Positions 7,941 through 9,028 of a DNA stretch of 9,028 nucleotides are shown piece after piece. A model generated the notes under the pieces. It made no database searches. It saw only the letters and a list, made by a program, of their open reading frames with translations, and was not told where the DNA came from. Within the stretch, counting starts at the first letter, position 1. Every line of letters begins with the position of its first letter. Made by a program: the position numbers and the translations under genes. Source of the stretch: Octopus sinensis. Its lineage: Eukaryota. The stretch spans positions 1 to 9,028 of the forward strand of contig NW_021828247.1 in NCBI RefSeq assembly GCF_006345805.1, given 5' to 3'.

Positions 7941-7957
7941 TATATATATATATATAT
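7872..7957. repeat. (TA)n microsatellite
   Basis: Direct reading. Confidence 0.95.
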
Positions 7958-8071
7958 CACCGTGATCACCGTGACCGACCAAGCCATCAGATGTTGTTAC
8001 ACATCGCTGGTCATAATGCACTTCGCATTGTTTTAAGCCTCAAATGACGCCACCACCGCTGGCTAAGCGAG

Positions 8072-8077
<6 letters not shown>
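7957..8077. mobile_element. Short GC-richer interspersed-repeat fragment within (TA)n (probable SINE 3' end on the minus strand)
   Basis: A complex 120-bp island between two TA tracts, beginning with the 9-bp tandem tcaccgtga x2. The family assignment is by recall only. Confidence 0.5.
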
Positions 8078-8145
<68 letters not shown>

Positions 8146-8152
8146 ATATATA
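8078..8152. repeat. (TA)n microsatellite
   Basis: Direct reading. Confidence 0.95.
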
Positions 8153-8438
8153 TGACAAGAACGCAAAACATCCAGAAAACGATACAAAAAACGGACGGGT
8201 CATTCGAAGCCTTTAATCTTCAGTCAAGAACCGGATCATCCTCCCAATTTCGGCTGATTAATCTTGAGGTTGCTCCAATCTGGCCAGCCCCAAGGCAAAA
8301 CTAAGTTAAGAGCATTAGATTCCTAGATTCCTTGGAAGAAAGCTTCAAATGTATACGAAACAAGGACGGAAAAACGACGATGTTACACGAATATAAATAC
8401 AAAATAATACGAAAAAAGCAATAATAATAATAACAGGA
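8153..8438. mobile_element. Probable interspersed-repeat fragment between (TA)n tracts
   Basis: A complex island bounded by TA repeats, with an internal 8-bp tandem duplication tagattcc (8316-8323/8324-8331). It resembles an octopus repeat by recall only. Confidence 0.4.
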
Positions 8439-8602
8439 CATATATATTGGTATATATATATATATAGATAAATATATATATAGATGAATATATATATATA
8501 TATATCTATATCTATATATATAATATATATATATATTATATAATATATGAATATATATGTATATAGTAATATATATATAATATATATATTATATATATAT
8601 AC
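8439..8602. repeat. Degenerate (TA)n microsatellite
   Basis: Direct reading. Confidence 0.93.
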
Positions 8603-8803
8603 ATGTGAGCGGTGACTACGTGTGTGTGTGCATTTGTGTTAATATGCATCAGCATGTCTGGTTATGTATATGAGCAACGTTTTACGTGTATAATTATACG
8701 TGCGAACGCCTGTATGTATGTTCAGACTATAAATTATCGTTCGCGTTTTTATCTTGTGACAGACATTCAGCGGCGTTGGTAGAACGAACGTCACGTGATC
8801 ATT

Positions 8804-8935
8804 GAAAACGAAGATGAAGATGAACAAGATGATAATGAGTGTGATGATGATGACGGCGAGGACGACGATGATGACGAAGGCCACAATGATGATGACGATG
8901 ATGATAATGATGCTGGAGATGGCGAAGATGACTAC
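8804..8935. repeat. Degenerate (GAT)n-rich simple sequence
   Basis: Direct reading. Confidence 0.8.
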
Positions 8936-9028
8936 ATGGGAATGAAATATGTGTTTTACAGGCCAATAAGAAGACTTCTAGATTCTCGAATATTAGGAGA
9001 GCGAAATGTTGCAAACATGTCCACTGTT

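Noticed and set aside
8205-8260. Minus-strand CGAAA...CTGAAGA, a possible type II hammerhead
   Set aside because: Stem I cannot close (C-A at the core junction), and stem II does not follow CUGAAGA directly.

Overview
This is AT-rich, microsatellite-saturated eukaryotic non-coding DNA (intergenic or intronic). The repeat families look octopus/cephalopod-like to me, but that is recall and not verified. No intact protein-coding gene can be supported, and nearly all listed ORFs are translations of trinucleotide or dinucleotide repeats. The window is a mosaic of retroelement remnants. (1) A 5'-truncated R4/Dong-like non-LTR retrotransposon 3' end with a recognisable RLE endonuclease C-terminus sits in (AAT)n, with a second element stacked behind it. 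(2) Two inverted tRNA-derived SINEs share a perfect 107-bp inverted copy that includes unique flank, suggesting a template-switch event. (3) A ~680-bp element inside (TA)n has 149-bp terminal direct repeats and a complete, canonical type I hammerhead ribozyme at 7504-7599, i.e. a Penelope-like pLTR or retrozyme-type unit of 533 bp. This is the most interesting feature. (4) The 3' half of a second, different hammerhead lies at ~6945-6969.
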